64,000 bases of DNA from an uncultured Gemmatimonadales bacterium (lineage in GTDB: Bacteria; Gemmatimonadota; Gemmatimonadetes; Gemmatimonadales; JACORV01). The stretch spans positions 12,863 to 76,862 of the forward strand of contig CAZJZC010000001.1 of NCBI GenBank assembly GCA_964550365.1. Direction: 5' to 3'. This document shows, piece after piece, positions 54,474 through 63,297 of this stretch. The number at the start of each line of letters is the position of its first letter. The first letter of the stretch is position 1. The notes under the pieces were generated by a model. That model was not told the DNA's origin. It saw nothing but the letters and a program-made list of their open reading frames with translations, and ran no database searches. A program made the translations under genes and the position numbers.

Positions 54474-55666
54474 GTGCGCTCCCAGGCCGACGTGCGGACC
54501 GGCTCGGCCGGCACGGCGAGCGGCGCCGGCGCGGGCAGGCGCGCGACGCGGCGGTAGGTCGCGCGCCACAGGTCCGCGGCCGTCTCCCAGCTGTAGCGCC
54601 GGCATTCCTCGCGGCCGGCGTCCGCGAGGCGGCCCGCCAGGCCGTCGTCGTTCAGCACCCGGAGGACCGCCGCCGCGAGGCCCGGCGGATCGTCGATCGG
54701 CACCAGCAGCGCCGTCTTCTCGGTGGTCACCATGTCGGGGATCCCTCCTGCGGCCGTCGTGACGATGGGCAGACCGGCCGCCATCGCTTCGATCAGCACG
54801 TGGGGCATGTTGTCGATCCGTGAGCTGTTCACCAGCACGCCGCCGGCGCCGAAGACCTCCGGCATGCTCCGGTGCGGCACCGCGCCATGGAAGGTGATGC
54901 CGCGGCCGCCGAGCCGCGCGGCGAGCCGGCGCAGGGACCGCTCCGAGCGCCCGGCGCCGTAGATGTCGAGCACCGCGTCCGGGACCGCCGCGCGCACCAG
55001 CGCGAAGGCGCGCAGGGTGTTCTCGACCGCGTAGAGCGGCTCGAGCAGCCGCGCGGAGACCAGCCGCGGGCGGACCCGCTCCGGCCGCCGCCATGCGAAG
55101 GCCGACGTATCCACCACGTTGGGCACCACGACGCCGTCCAGCCCGTGGCTCCGGAACAGGCGCTGGAGATAGGCCGAGGGGAATACCAGCACGGCCGCCC
55201 GTCGCGCCGCCCAGCGGACCACCGGCCCCCACCAGCGGAAGTGCGCCGCCGCCCGGCCGTCGTGGTAGTTCAGCACCACCGGGACGCCGAAGCGGCGGGC
55301 GACCCAGACCGCCGGCACGGCCCCGAACAGGAACGCCGTGTGCGCCGCGCAGAACACGTGGAACACGTCGGCGCGCGGGGCCGCGCGCCGCAGGGCGCGC
55401 AGGTACAGCCACGGCCGGACCACCGAGCGGATGAGCGGCCACTCGGTCAGCCGGCGGGCGCGGCCGCCGAGCCGGGGATCGATGGGCACCAGCTCGGCGT
55501 CCACCGACGGGTCGGACCGGAAGCCGCTCACGATGGCCGACGCCGCCTGGGCCTGCCCGCCGAGCATGTGCCCCGGGGCCGACACGACGACCCGCAGGCG
55601 CCGGGCAGGGGCCGCGGCCGGCTCAGACACCGTAGGCCTCCAGGTAGCGGTCCACCATCGTCGCAT
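54470..55666 (-). CDS. Glycosyltransferase family 4 (GT-B)
   Basis: 398 aa from ATG 55666. An in-frame GTG at 55630 would reduce the overlap with the upstream gene from 44 nt to 8 nt. [27 protein letters not shown]. Confidence 0.84.
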   Translation of the reverse strand: MRRWWTATWRPTVSEPAAAPARRLRVVVSAPGHMLGGQAQAASAIVSGFRSDPSVDAELVPIDPRLGGRARRLTEWPLIRSVVRPWLYLRALRRAAPRADVFHVFCAAHTAFLFGAVPAVWVARRFGVPVVLNYHDGRAAAHFRWWGPVVRWAARRAAVLVFPSAYLQRLFRSHGLDGVVVPNVVDTSAFAWRRPERVRPRLVSARLLEPLYAVENTLRAFALVRAAVPDAVLDIYGAGRSERSLRRLAARLGGRGITFHGAVPHRSMPEVFGAGGVLVNSSRIDNMPHVLIEAMAAGLPIVTTAAGGIPDMVTTEKTALLVPIDDPPGLAAAVLRVLNDDGLAGRLADAGREECRRYSWETAADLWRATYRRVARLPAPAPLAVPAEPVRTSAWERT

Positions 55667-56759
55667 GGCCGTAATGCGCCCGCACCCGCTCGCGGGCCGC
55701 CGACCCCAGTCGCTCCCGCCGCTGCGGGTCGCGTCCCAGCTCGCCCAGCAGTGCCGCCAGCGCCGGGACGTCGCCCACCGGGAAGAACGCGCCGCCGGTG
55801 CTCCCGCCGACGACCGCGGGGATCTCGCCGACCGGCGTCGAGACGACCGGCACGCCCGACGCCATGGCCTCGAGGATGACCAGGGGCAGCGCCTCGTGCA
55901 GCGAGCTCAGCACGAACAGGTCCAGCAGCGGCAGCAGGGCCGCGACGTCCTCGCGCCAACCGAGGAAGCGGACCCGGTCGGCGATCCCCAGCGACCGTGC
56001 CAGCGCCTCGAGGTCGCCCCTGAGGGGGCCGTCACCGATGATCGCCAGCCGCAGCGCGGGGAGCTCCGCCGAGGCCTGGTGGAACGCCCGGATGAGCACG
56101 CCGTAGTCCTTCTCCGGGAACAGCCGGCCGGCCGTGCCCACGAGCACGCCGCTGTCGAGCCCGAGGCGCTCGCGCGCCGCGGCGGCGTCGGCGGGCCGGC
56201 GATACCGCTCCGGATCGATGCCGTTGGTGATGACGCGGAGCCGGTCGGCCCCGACGCCGACCCGGTCCCGGTAGTAGTCCGCCATGGAATGGCCCACGAC
56301 GGCGAACGCGTCGCATCGAAGCGCCATGGCGCCGAGCGCCAGCCGGTAGTCGCCGCGCGACTTGAGGTACTCGAACGAGTGCTCCGTGTGTACCAGCCTC
56401 GGCGTTCCGGCCAGGCCGGTGGCCGGCAGGGCGTGGAACAGCGATCCGAAGTGATGCGTGTGCACCACGGCGGCCCCGAGGCGACGGAACAGCGCGGCGA
56501 GCCTCAGGTGCGCGCGCGGATCCAGCCAGCGCCGGCCGCCCATGACGTGGTACGGGACGTCGGCCTCGCGGAGCGCCGCCTCGTGCTCGCCTCCGCGGTC
56601 GAGCGCCACCAGGACCGGCTGGTACCCGCGCGCGCGGAGGCCGGCGGCCAGCCCCACCGCCATGGATTCCATGCCCCCCTTGCCGAGGTTCAGCAGGACC
56701 TGCACGCAGACCTGTCGAGAGCCGGGACCCTGGTCGCCTGGCGCGCCGCCGACGGCCAT
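55623..56759 (-). CDS. Glycosyltransferase family 4 (GT-B)
   Basis: 378 aa with LNLGKGGMES and FVLSSLHEALPLVILEAMASGVPVVST. Confidence 0.87.
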   Translation of the reverse strand: MAVGGAPGDQGPGSRQVCVQVLLNLGKGGMESMAVGLAAGLRARGYQPVLVALDRGGEHEAALREADVPYHVMGGRRWLDPRAHLRLAALFRRLGAAVVHTHHFGSLFHALPATGLAGTPRLVHTEHSFEYLKSRGDYRLALGAMALRCDAFAVVGHSMADYYRDRVGVGADRLRVITNGIDPERYRRPADAAAARERLGLDSGVLVGTAGRLFPEKDYGVLIRAFHQASAELPALRLAIIGDGPLRGDLEALARSLGIADRVRFLGWREDVAALLPLLDLFVLSSLHEALPLVILEAMASGVPVVSTPVGEIPAVVGGSTGGAFFPVGDVPALAALLGELGRDPQRRERLGSAARERVRAHYGHATMVDRYLEAYGV

Positions 56760-56763
56760 CGTC

Positions 56764-58158
56764 CTAGCGTCGCAGCGCCCGGGCGGCGCGACGTTCCCGC
56801 GCCGACACCGTCGGCGGGATGAAGGCCGGCGGGATGCCCAGGCGCCCGCCGACGCAGAGCGCGATGAGGAAGTAGGTGATCGGATGGTAGGCGAAGGACA
56901 GGAAGAATCCCGCCGCGGCGAACGCCACCAGGGCCGCGCGCAGGCTGCTGCCGAGCACGGCCTCGTCGTGCGCCAGGTCGATCACCGGCCGCGGCCGGCC
57001 GCGGGCCTGGCGGCTCGCGAGCGCCACCGGTCCCAGCCCCTTGAACGCGGTCCACAGCGTCATGGTGAAGGCGATCAGGCCCAGCACCCCCAGCTCGGCG
57101 CCGATCTCCACGAACGAGTTGTGCGCCGCGCTGAACTTGATGCCGTAGCCCAGGTCGGCCTTCCCCGAGATCATGCCCTCCGCGATGCCGAAGTTCTTGA
57201 TCCCGACGCCTTGCAGCGGGTGGGTGTACATGTACTTCACCCCGCGCTTCCAGACCTCGAAGCGGCCCTCGCGGGCGTCGAAGTTGTAGTCCTCGGTCGG
57301 CTCGAAGATGGACGTGAACCGCTGCTTCGTCGTCTCGTTGGCCGAGGCCGCGAACACCAGGATGCCGGCCACCGCCAGGACGATCTGCCGCAGCCGCCTT
57401 CTCGGCGGCGCGTGCGCCACCTGCCAGGCGCCCATCACCATGAGGCCGACGAAACCGCCGCGCGAGCCCGTCTTGACGATCGCCACCAGCAGCAGCACGG
57501 CGCAGGCGTACCACAGCACCCGCCACCACCCCTTGCGGCTCGCCAGGTAGAGTGCCAGCGGCAGCAGCACCAGGAACATCAGCGCCGACTCGTTCGAATC
57601 GAATGCGGGACCGGCGCCCGGCCGCCAGCTCCCGCCGAACATGACCAGGTGCCCGGCCACGGCCGCGCCGCCCATGACCACCCCGCCGAGGGAGGTGATG
57701 AGCGTCCGGCGCTCGGCCCAGGCGGCCGCGCTGATGACGAAGACCAGCAGCAGCTTCCAGTACTCGGTCGTGAGGAACGCCACCGCGTAGCCTTTCCACA
57801 GGGCCGTGGGCAGCGTGGCGACGGCGAGCAGGGCGGTGAGCCAGATCCAGCGGGCCGGCCGGGCCTGGACGGCCCGCACGACCTCGCGCCAGGGCAGCAC
57901 GAACAGGGCCAGCACCAGCAGCAGCGCCGCCGTGATCTTGGCCGGCTGGAGGCTCGCCAGCGCGGGCTGGAGGTCGTGGACCTTGGCGACCGACACGGCC
58001 ACGTAGAGCGCAAGCACCAGGCGGAAGAACGTCCCCATGGCGCCGCGGGCCCGCAGGCGTACCTGCTCGATCACGGGGACCCTGGCCGGGGCCGGCGGCC
58101 GGCGGCGGCCCACGGGCGCGACCTGCAGCACCTCGCTCACGGCCGGCGGGGGGATCAT
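56764..58158 (-). CDS. O-antigen ligase/Wzy-like polysaccharide polymerase (Wzy_C family membrane protein)
   Basis: Trimmed to ATG 58158, which overlaps the upstream stop (ATGA). 464 aa, polytopic. It has TGSRGGFVG and a large loop with AHNSFVEIGAELGVLG, as in O-antigen ligase-like proteins. Confidence 0.84.
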   Translation of the reverse strand: MIPPPAVSEVLQVAPVGRRRPPAPARVPVIEQVRLRARGAMGTFFRLVLALYVAVSVAKVHDLQPALASLQPAKITAALLLVLALFVLPWREVVRAVQARPARWIWLTALLAVATLPTALWKGYAVAFLTTEYWKLLLVFVISAAAWAERRTLITSLGGVVMGGAAVAGHLVMFGGSWRPGAGPAFDSNESALMFLVLLPLALYLASRKGWWRVLWYACAVLLLVAIVKTGSRGGFVGLMVMGAWQVAHAPPRRRLRQIVLAVAGILVFAASANETTKQRFTSIFEPTEDYNFDAREGRFEVWKRGVKYMYTHPLQGVGIKNFGIAEGMISGKADLGYGIKFSAAHNSFVEIGAELGVLGLIAFTMTLWTAFKGLGPVALASRQARGRPRPVIDLAHDEAVLGSSLRAALVAFAAAGFFLSFAYHPITYFLIALCVGGRLGIPPAFIPPTVSARERRAARALRR

Positions 58159-59321
58159 GCGAGCCCGTTGTCCACGGACGGCCGGACCGGGTCGGCCCAG
58201 ACATCCCAGCGGCGGCGCACCGCGTTGGCGGCCGCGACGAGAAGCGCCCCGTGGAGCATGAGTGCGCTCCTGAGGACGCCGTGCACCCGCCGGAGGATCC
58301 CGGGGCTGCCACTGGGCGGCAGCCACCACACCAGCCCGGCCGCCACGACGCCCGCGAGCGCCAGCGGCAACGCCCCCGGCCCCGCCACGACGAGCACGCC
58401 GGCCGTGACGGCCACGCTGGCCAGCGGCGTCGCCAGGCGCAGCACCTTGTGCGAGACGAACTGCCACCAGATGGGGTTGCGCCACGGCACCAGCGCCCAG
58501 GGCATGAGCGCCATCAGCTGGAAGTTCCCCGTGAGCGTCCGCACCTTGCGCATGAACTCCGTGTCGTCGTCACCCACCGGCACGTCATGGACCAGCGCCT
58601 CGCGCGCGAAGCGCACCCGCCGCCCGGCGCGGACCACGCTGAGAGCGATCCAGACGTCGTCGAGGATCAGTCCCGCCGGCATCGCCTGCCAGGACTCGCG
58701 CCGGATGGCGTACAGCGCGCCGGTGACACCCGGCACGCTGTGCCACGATGATTCGGCGGCGCGCAGTTCGCGTTCGCGGCGCCAGTACCAGTCGAGCAGC
58801 CCCCCGCCCGCCGGTCGCGCCAGCTCGAGGCAGCCGGAGACGGCCCCCACGTCGTCCGACGCCAGCTCGGCGACCAGACGCTCGATCGCGGTCGCCGTGA
58901 CGCGCTGCCTCACGTCGGTGAGGACCAGCACCTCGCCCCGCGCCTGCGCGACGCCGGCATTCAGGGCCGACGCCTTGCCGCCCCACGACGCCAGTTCCAC
59001 CACCGTCAGGCGGTCCGGTCCAAGCGCCTGGAGGGCCTCATGCGCGATGGGGTCGGGGCCGTCGAGCGCCACCACGACGTCCAGCCGCAGGGTCGAGGGA
59101 AGCGCCAGCAGGGCGGAGACCTTGTCGGCGATCGCGCGCCCGCTCCGGCGCGCCGCGATCACGACGGTCACGGCCGCGGCGGCGGGCCGATCGGCCGGCC
59201 GCGGGGGCCTGGCCGGCAGCCGCGCCACGATCCAGGGGTAGACCAGGTACGCATAGCCCAGCAGCGCCGCGCCGCCGGCGATGAGCAGCCAGCCCAGGGC
59301 CGGGCCCGGAAGGATCAGCAT
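58155..59321 (-). CDS. Membrane glycosyltransferase family 2
   Basis: 388 aa. N-terminal TM, then VTVVIAARR, VVVALDGPD, GKASALNAGVAQARGEVLVLTDVRQ, and C-terminal TM helices. Confidence 0.84.
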   Translation of the reverse strand: MLILPGPALGWLLIAGGAALLGYAYLVYPWIVARLPARPPRPADRPAAAAVTVVIAARRSGRAIADKVSALLALPSTLRLDVVVALDGPDPIAHEALQALGPDRLTVVELASWGGKASALNAGVAQARGEVLVLTDVRQRVTATAIERLVAELASDDVGAVSGCLELARPAGGGLLDWYWRRERELRAAESSWHSVPGVTGALYAIRRESWQAMPAGLILDDVWIALSVVRAGRRVRFAREALVHDVPVGDDDTEFMRKVRTLTGNFQLMALMPWALVPWRNPIWWQFVSHKVLRLATPLASVAVTAGVLVVAGPGALPLALAGVVAAGLVWWLPPSGSPGILRRVHGVLRSALMLHGALLVAAANAVRRRWDVWADPVRPSVDNGLA

Positions 59322-59446
59322 GGACCCGACGCCCGTCGGCCGGTACGGCCTGCCTCCAAAGGACCCATCTTGCGTAATACTAGCAACTTACACCGCCTAC
59401 ATCCAGTCACGAACCGGTCGCCGGCCCGGCCCTCATGGGTGCACAA

Positions 59447-59470
59447 AGGGCCCGGCACCCACCGGGCCCT
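59447..59470 (-). terminator. Rho-independent terminator candidate downstream of the PEP-CTERM gene
   Basis: Perfect 9-bp stem AGGGCCCGG / CCGGGCCCT with a 6-nt loop, 26 nt after the stop. On the minus strand it is followed by TTGTGC, which together with the terminal stem T gives a short U-tract. Confidence 0.5.
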
Positions 59471-59495
59471 CTTGGCCGACCGACCGCGCGGCGGT

Positions 59496-60239
59496 CTAGA
59501 ACTGGTCGATCTGCTCGTCCCGGTTCCGACGCCGCACCAGCCCGACGCCGCCCAGGAACACCAGCCCGGTACCCAGCAGTGTCATCGTCACCGGCTCCGG
59601 CGTCACCATGGCGCACGGCACCCGGCCGTCGCCGCCGAAGCTGTTGTCGCTGCCGCACTCGGCGTCCCCGCCGGCGACGAAGCCGTCGGTCAGCCAGGCG
59701 ACCTCGGCCTGGCTCGCGGACCAGTCGTTGCTGGTCTCGAACGAGAACACCACCCAGCCGGACGCATCGCCGCAGGTCGTGAAGTACGACGACGGGTTCC
59801 GGGTCGACCGCTGGCATCCTTCGATGCCGCCCTCGCCGTTCAGCGGCACGCCGGCCGCGACCTCGATGATGCCGCCCAGGCCGTCGGGCTGACGCAGGGT
59901 CCAGTTCGACGCGCTGCTGCCCGTGACGCCGACAGAACCGGTCGTCGAGACGGAGAGGTTGCCGGCGCCGACGATCGCCGGCGTGATGAGGCCGATGCGG
60001 CGGATGATCGAGCCACCCGTGTTGTCGCCCTGCCACCCGTAGCCCTGCAGGTTGCGGACCCGGATGATGACGTTGGTCCCGCCTCCTGACCGGGCCGACG
60101 TCTGCACCGACAGGCTGGCGCAGGCGCGGATCGCGCCGGGGCTGCAGTAGTTCAGGAAGTCCCTGGTGTCGGCGCGCAACTGGCTGGCTGCGGCAAGCAC
60201 GGCCACGCTGGCACCCACCACTACTCCACTGACTCTCAT
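59496..60239 (-). CDS. PEP-CTERM sorting-domain protein (exosortase cargo), 247 aa
   Basis: Trimmed to ATG 60239. Signal peptide VVGASVAVLAAASQLRA. C-terminal tripartite tag VTPEP-VTMTLLGTGLVFLGGVGLV-RRRNR. The mature part is Gly/Ser/Thr-rich with six Cys. Confidence 0.88.
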   Translation of the reverse strand: MRVSGVVVGASVAVLAAASQLRADTRDFLNYCSPGAIRACASLSVQTSARSGGGTNVIIRVRNLQGYGWQGDNTGGSIIRRIGLITPAIVGAGNLSVSTTGSVGVTGSSASNWTLRQPDGLGGIIEVAAGVPLNGEGGIEGCQRSTRNPSSYFTTCGDASGWVVFSFETSNDWSASQAEVAWLTDGFVAGGDAECGSDNSFGGDGRVPCAMVTPEPVTMTLLGTGLVFLGGVGLVRRRNRDEQIDQF

Positions 60240-60712
60240 GCGTTGCTCCCTTTTCGGATGGCGCCTTGACGCCGATGGATCGCGATCCCGAAACCCACGT
60301 AGAACACGATGTACGACAGACAGAACAGTCCGGTCTTGATGATCGCCCTGATCAGGGCCGGCTTCTGAGCCGGGTTCATGGCGCGGAGCGCCAGCGGCAC
60401 GTCCAGCGCGAAGATCACCAGGGCCCCGATCACCGCCGCCGCCACCAGCCAGGCGAACACGGTCGCGATGCGCGCCGGGATCCGCCAACCCATCTCGATC
60501 GCACCCGCGGCGAACAGACCGAACCCGAGAGTGCCGAGCGGCAGGCCATCGACCGCCGCGCTGATCGAACCGAACTCCCACTCCGGGCTGCCGTAGCCCC
60601 AAGGGATGAACACCATCGTCACGTCGGTCCAGCCGACCACCGCGGCGATCAGACCCAGACCGGCGACCAGGCCCCAACCGGGACCGGCACCATACCCCTG
60701 ACGTTCGGTCAT
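60236..60712 (-). CDS. Hypothetical 4-TM membrane protein (158 aa) translationally coupled to the PEP-CTERM gene
   Basis: Trimmed to ATG 60712. The four hydrophobic helices are GLVAGLGLIAAVVGW, LGTLGFGLFAAGAI, IATVFAWLVAAAVIGALVIFAL and GLFCLSYIVFYVGFGIAI. Its TGA overlaps the next ATG (ATGA). Confidence 0.68.
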   Translation of the reverse strand: MTERQGYGAGPGWGLVAGLGLIAAVVGWTDVTMVFIPWGYGSPEWEFGSISAAVDGLPLGTLGFGLFAAGAIEMGWRIPARIATVFAWLVAAAVIGALVIFALDVPLALRAMNPAQKPALIRAIIKTGLFCLSYIVFYVGFGIAIHRRQGAIRKGSNA

Positions 60713-60782
60713 CTCGGAACTACCCCCCCTCACGCCTCGTGAACCGCGTAGCCGGGGCAGTTCCCGCCTCGGCCGAACATTG

Positions 60783-60798
60783 TGCAAGTTCTACACCC
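60783..60798 (-). promoter_or_regulatory. Weak sigma-54-like element (GGGTGT-N5-TTGCA) on the minus strand
   Basis: The minus strand reads cGGGTGTAGAACTTGCAc. The GG and GC dinucleotides have the correct 11-nt register and the -12 box TTGCA is perfect. The -24 box otherwise fits poorly. It lies about 70 nt upstream of ATG 60712 and about 75-95 nt downstream of the palindrome at 60874. Confidence 0.22.
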
Positions 60799-60873
60799 GC
60801 CAGCGGCAGTAGCGTTAACCAATTGTACCACAAGCACTTGAACTGCATCGGACTGGTCGGCGAGCACGGCATT

Positions 60874-60916
60874 TTGTTGCGCGCCCGCATCAGTCGCTGT
60901 GGTGGCGTCACAAGCA
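60874..60916. promoter_or_regulatory. Copies of the CTGTTG-N8-CAACAG-type inverted repeat upstream of the PEP-CTERM cargo operon
   Basis: 60874-60893 reads TTGTTGcgcgcccgCATCAG, with 1 mismatch per half and the same 8-nt spacer starting CGC. 60897-60916 reads CTGTGGtggcgtcaCAAGCA and is weaker. Confidence 0.35.
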
Positions 60917-60948
60917 TCGGCGCCGCACAGACTTGAACCTTTGACGCG

Positions 60949-62163
60949 CTAGCCGGCGCCCCGGCGGCGCACCACGCGGGCCGCCACGACCCCGATGGCC
61001 ACGGCCGCCCACTCCTCGGTCCTCGTTGGCGGCTGGCCGGTCCACAGCGGCACCAGCACGGCGGCAGCCACCAGCACCCCGACCGCCGGTCCCAGCCAGA
61101 CGCGTGAAACGTAATAGGCGCACGGGAAGGCGAAGGCCGCCATCCAGAGCAGGCCGAGCAGCCGCTGGGCCCAGCCCGGGATACTGCGCGGATACCAGAC
61201 CAGCGTCCAGCCGTCGCCGGCCGTGTAGCCGACACCACACCGTACCGCCGAATCGACGGCAACGCACGCGCCGCGTTCGCCGCGGGTGATGGCGAGGTCG
61301 AAGGTGTCGCCGCGGGCGTACGGCGCCAGGGCCCCGGCGAGCCGGCGTTCGGGACCGTCGAGTCCCAGCTCGGCCGCGAAGGTGCGCTGGCGGATGATGA
61401 GGTCGCTGCCGACGGCCCCCACCAGCAGGACCTCGTGCTGGAAGTGGTCGTAGATGCTGAAGATGTCGGCCAGCTGGTCCGGGGGTGGCGCGGCGACCAC
61501 CGTCAGCCTCAGCGGCACCTGCGCGCGGAGCAGTCGGCCGACCGTGGGCGAGTGCCAGACGAGTCCGGGCGGCAGGGGCCGGTCTGCCAGCGTCGCCGCC
61601 AGGACCCGACCCCGGTAGACCCCGAGATGCGCCAGGTTCGGCGTCCACTGGCTGAAGAAGGCGGCGTCGGACGGCCAGGGTACGAAGAGCGCCGGCGGCC
61701 CGGCGTAGGCCAGGGCGGCGGCCGCGACCGCCGCGGCCGCGAGTCCGGGTGCCCAGCGGCCATCGGCGGCGCGCCAGGCCGGCCAGCTGCGCGCGATCAG
61801 CACGCCGACCGCCGCGCCCACCGCGTTCGACATGAGGTCGATGGGCGAGGGGTCGCGGCCCGGGATCACCAGCTGGGCGACCTCCACCGCGGCCGAGAGC
61901 GCCGCGGCGGCGAGCACGACGCGCCGGTCGTACCACCCGAGCCCGCTCAGCGCCGCGCCCAGGGGCAGGAACAGCAGCACGTTGCGCACGATGTCGGCCA
62001 CCGCGCTCGGGCCGAACAGGCCGATGACCGGAGCGACGTCGCCGGTCGGCGGGAGTGTGGCCAGCAGGATCACGGCGACCGCGGCCGCGATGCCGGCCGC
62101 CCGGGAGCGGGTCATCGGACGGGCCGGGAGGACGGACGGAGGAGAGGGGATCGGCGTGGTCAT
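60949..62163 (-). CDS. VanZ-like domain membrane protein with long C-terminal extension
   Basis: Trimmed to ATG 62163 (alternative ATG 62115). The VanZ-like N-terminal block is DIVRNVLLFLPLGAAL...EVAQLVIPGRDPSPIDLMSNAVGAAVG. A ~200-aa non-hydrophobic domain follows, then two C-terminal TM helices. Confidence 0.72.
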   Translation of the reverse strand: MTTPIPSPPSVLPARPMTRSRAAGIAAAVAVILLATLPPTGDVAPVIGLFGPSAVADIVRNVLLFLPLGAALSGLGWYDRRVVLAAAALSAAVEVAQLVIPGRDPSPIDLMSNAVGAAVGVLIARSWPAWRAADGRWAPGLAAAAVAAAALAYAGPPALFVPWPSDAAFFSQWTPNLAHLGVYRGRVLAATLADRPLPPGLVWHSPTVGRLLRAQVPLRLTVVAAPPPDQLADIFSIYDHFQHEVLLVGAVGSDLIIRQRTFAAELGLDGPERRLAGALAPYARGDTFDLAITRGERGACVAVDSAVRCGVGYTAGDGWTLVWYPRSIPGWAQRLLGLLWMAAFAFPCAYYVSRVWLGPAVGVLVAAAVLVPLWTGQPPTRTEEWAAVAIGVVAARVVRRRGAG

Positions 62164-62235
62164 CCGGCTCCAGCATCGAGGACTCCGGCTCCGGCGCTGG
62201 CCACCGTGACCGTTCGCCCCTACTGTAGGAGCGGG

Positions 62236-63297
62236 ATGAAGAGTATCCGATCGCCCGGCGAAGGCACAGGTTCGCCCCCCGCCCTGCACTGCCCCCGCTG
62301 CCGGGAACCCCTCCGACTCGACGGCATCAGCGAGCCCGCGTGGCGGTGCGCCGCCTGCGACCGGACCTACCCGGTCATCTGCGGCATCCCCGACCTCAGG
62401 GTGGCGCCCGACCCGTACATCGGCATCGACGCCGACCGAGCCAAGGGCCGCGCGATCGCCGAACGCGCCGCCGACCTGGACTTCGCCGGCCTGGTCGCCT
62501 GGTACTACGCCCACACCGACGTGGTACCGGCCCACCACGCCCGCGCCTACACCCGCGGGCTCCTGGCCGCCGAAGCCCGCGCCGCGGCGAGCCTGGCGGC
62601 CTGGGACGCGCACCTGGTCTCCGGCGGCGGCGCGGCCCTCGGCGGCGACCTGCTGGAGGTCGGCTGCGGCACGGGACCCCTGCTGGTCGCGACGGCGCCG
62701 CGCGTACGCAGCCTGGTCGGTGTCGACGTGGCGTTCCGGTGGCTGGTCGTGGCGCACAAGCGGCTGGCCGAAGGCGGCGTCGACACCATGCTGGTGTGCG
62801 CCAACGCCGAGGCACTGCCGTTCGCCGGCGCGGCGTTCGACGCCGTGGCCATGGAATCCGTCCTGGAGGTCGTTCAGGACCAGGCGGGTGCCCTGGCGGA
62901 GGCGGCGCGCGTCGCGCGACCCGGCGCGCCGCTGGTGATCGCCACGCCGAACCGCTTCAGCCTGGGCCCGGACCCGCACGTGGGGACCTGGGGGGCCGGC
63001 CTGCTGCCCGAGCGCGTCGTCGCCGCGATCGCGCGCCGCCAGGGAGCCATCCCGCCGCGGCGGCGCCTTCACACCTCGCGGTCGCTGGCGCGTGTCCTCC
63101 GGCGTGCCGGCTTCGCGCGCCCGCGGGTCTTCCTGCCGGACGTCCCGGCGGCACACCGGCGCCGACTGCCGCCCATGCTGCGCGCGGCGGCCGCGGTGTA
63201 CACGGCGCTGGCGTTCGTGCCGCTGACCCGCTGGCTGCTGCTGGTCGTGGGGCCGCTGCTGCTCGCCGTCGCGGAGCGTGAACGGGCGGCGCCATGA
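62236..63297 (+). CDS. Class I SAM-dependent methyltransferase with N-terminal Trm112-like zinc ribbon and C-terminal TM helix
   Basis: Trimmed to ATG 62236 (AGGAG 6 nt upstream). CPRC...(18 aa)...CAAC followed by GIPDL. Motif I LLEVGCGTGPL. C-terminal hydrophobic LTRWLLLVVGPLLLAV. Confidence 0.8.
   Translation: MKSIRSPGEGTGSPPALHCPRCREPLRLDGISEPAWRCAACDRTYPVICGIPDLRVAPDPYIGIDADRAKGRAIAERAADLDFAGLVAWYYAHTDVVPAHHARAYTRGLLAAEARAAASLAAWDAHLVSGGGAALGGDLLEVGCGTGPLLVATAPRVRSLVGVDVAFRWLVVAHKRLAEGGVDTMLVCANAEALPFAGAAFDAVAMESVLEVVQDQAGALAEAARVARPGAPLVIATPNRFSLGPDPHVGTWGAGLLPERVVAAIARRQGAIPPRRRLHTSRSLARVLRRAGFARPRVFLPDVPAAHRRRLPPMLRAAAAVYTALAFVPLTRWLLLVVGPLLLAVAERERAAP

Noticed and set aside
50413-55442. 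Two very long overlapping minus-strand ORFs (50413-54381 and 52353-55442)
   Set aside because: Each has a real C-terminal gene (asnB from MCGICG at 52353, and the bi-domain oxidoreductase from GTG 54473). Their N-terminal extensions are out-of-frame read-through of the upstream genes.
59382-59398. Sigma-54-like AGGCGG-N6-TTGCT on the minus strand upstream of the 9-gene operon
   Set aside because: The GG-to-GC spacing is one nucleotide too long, and sigma-54 spacing is essentially invariant. I could not find a convincing promoter for this operon by eye.
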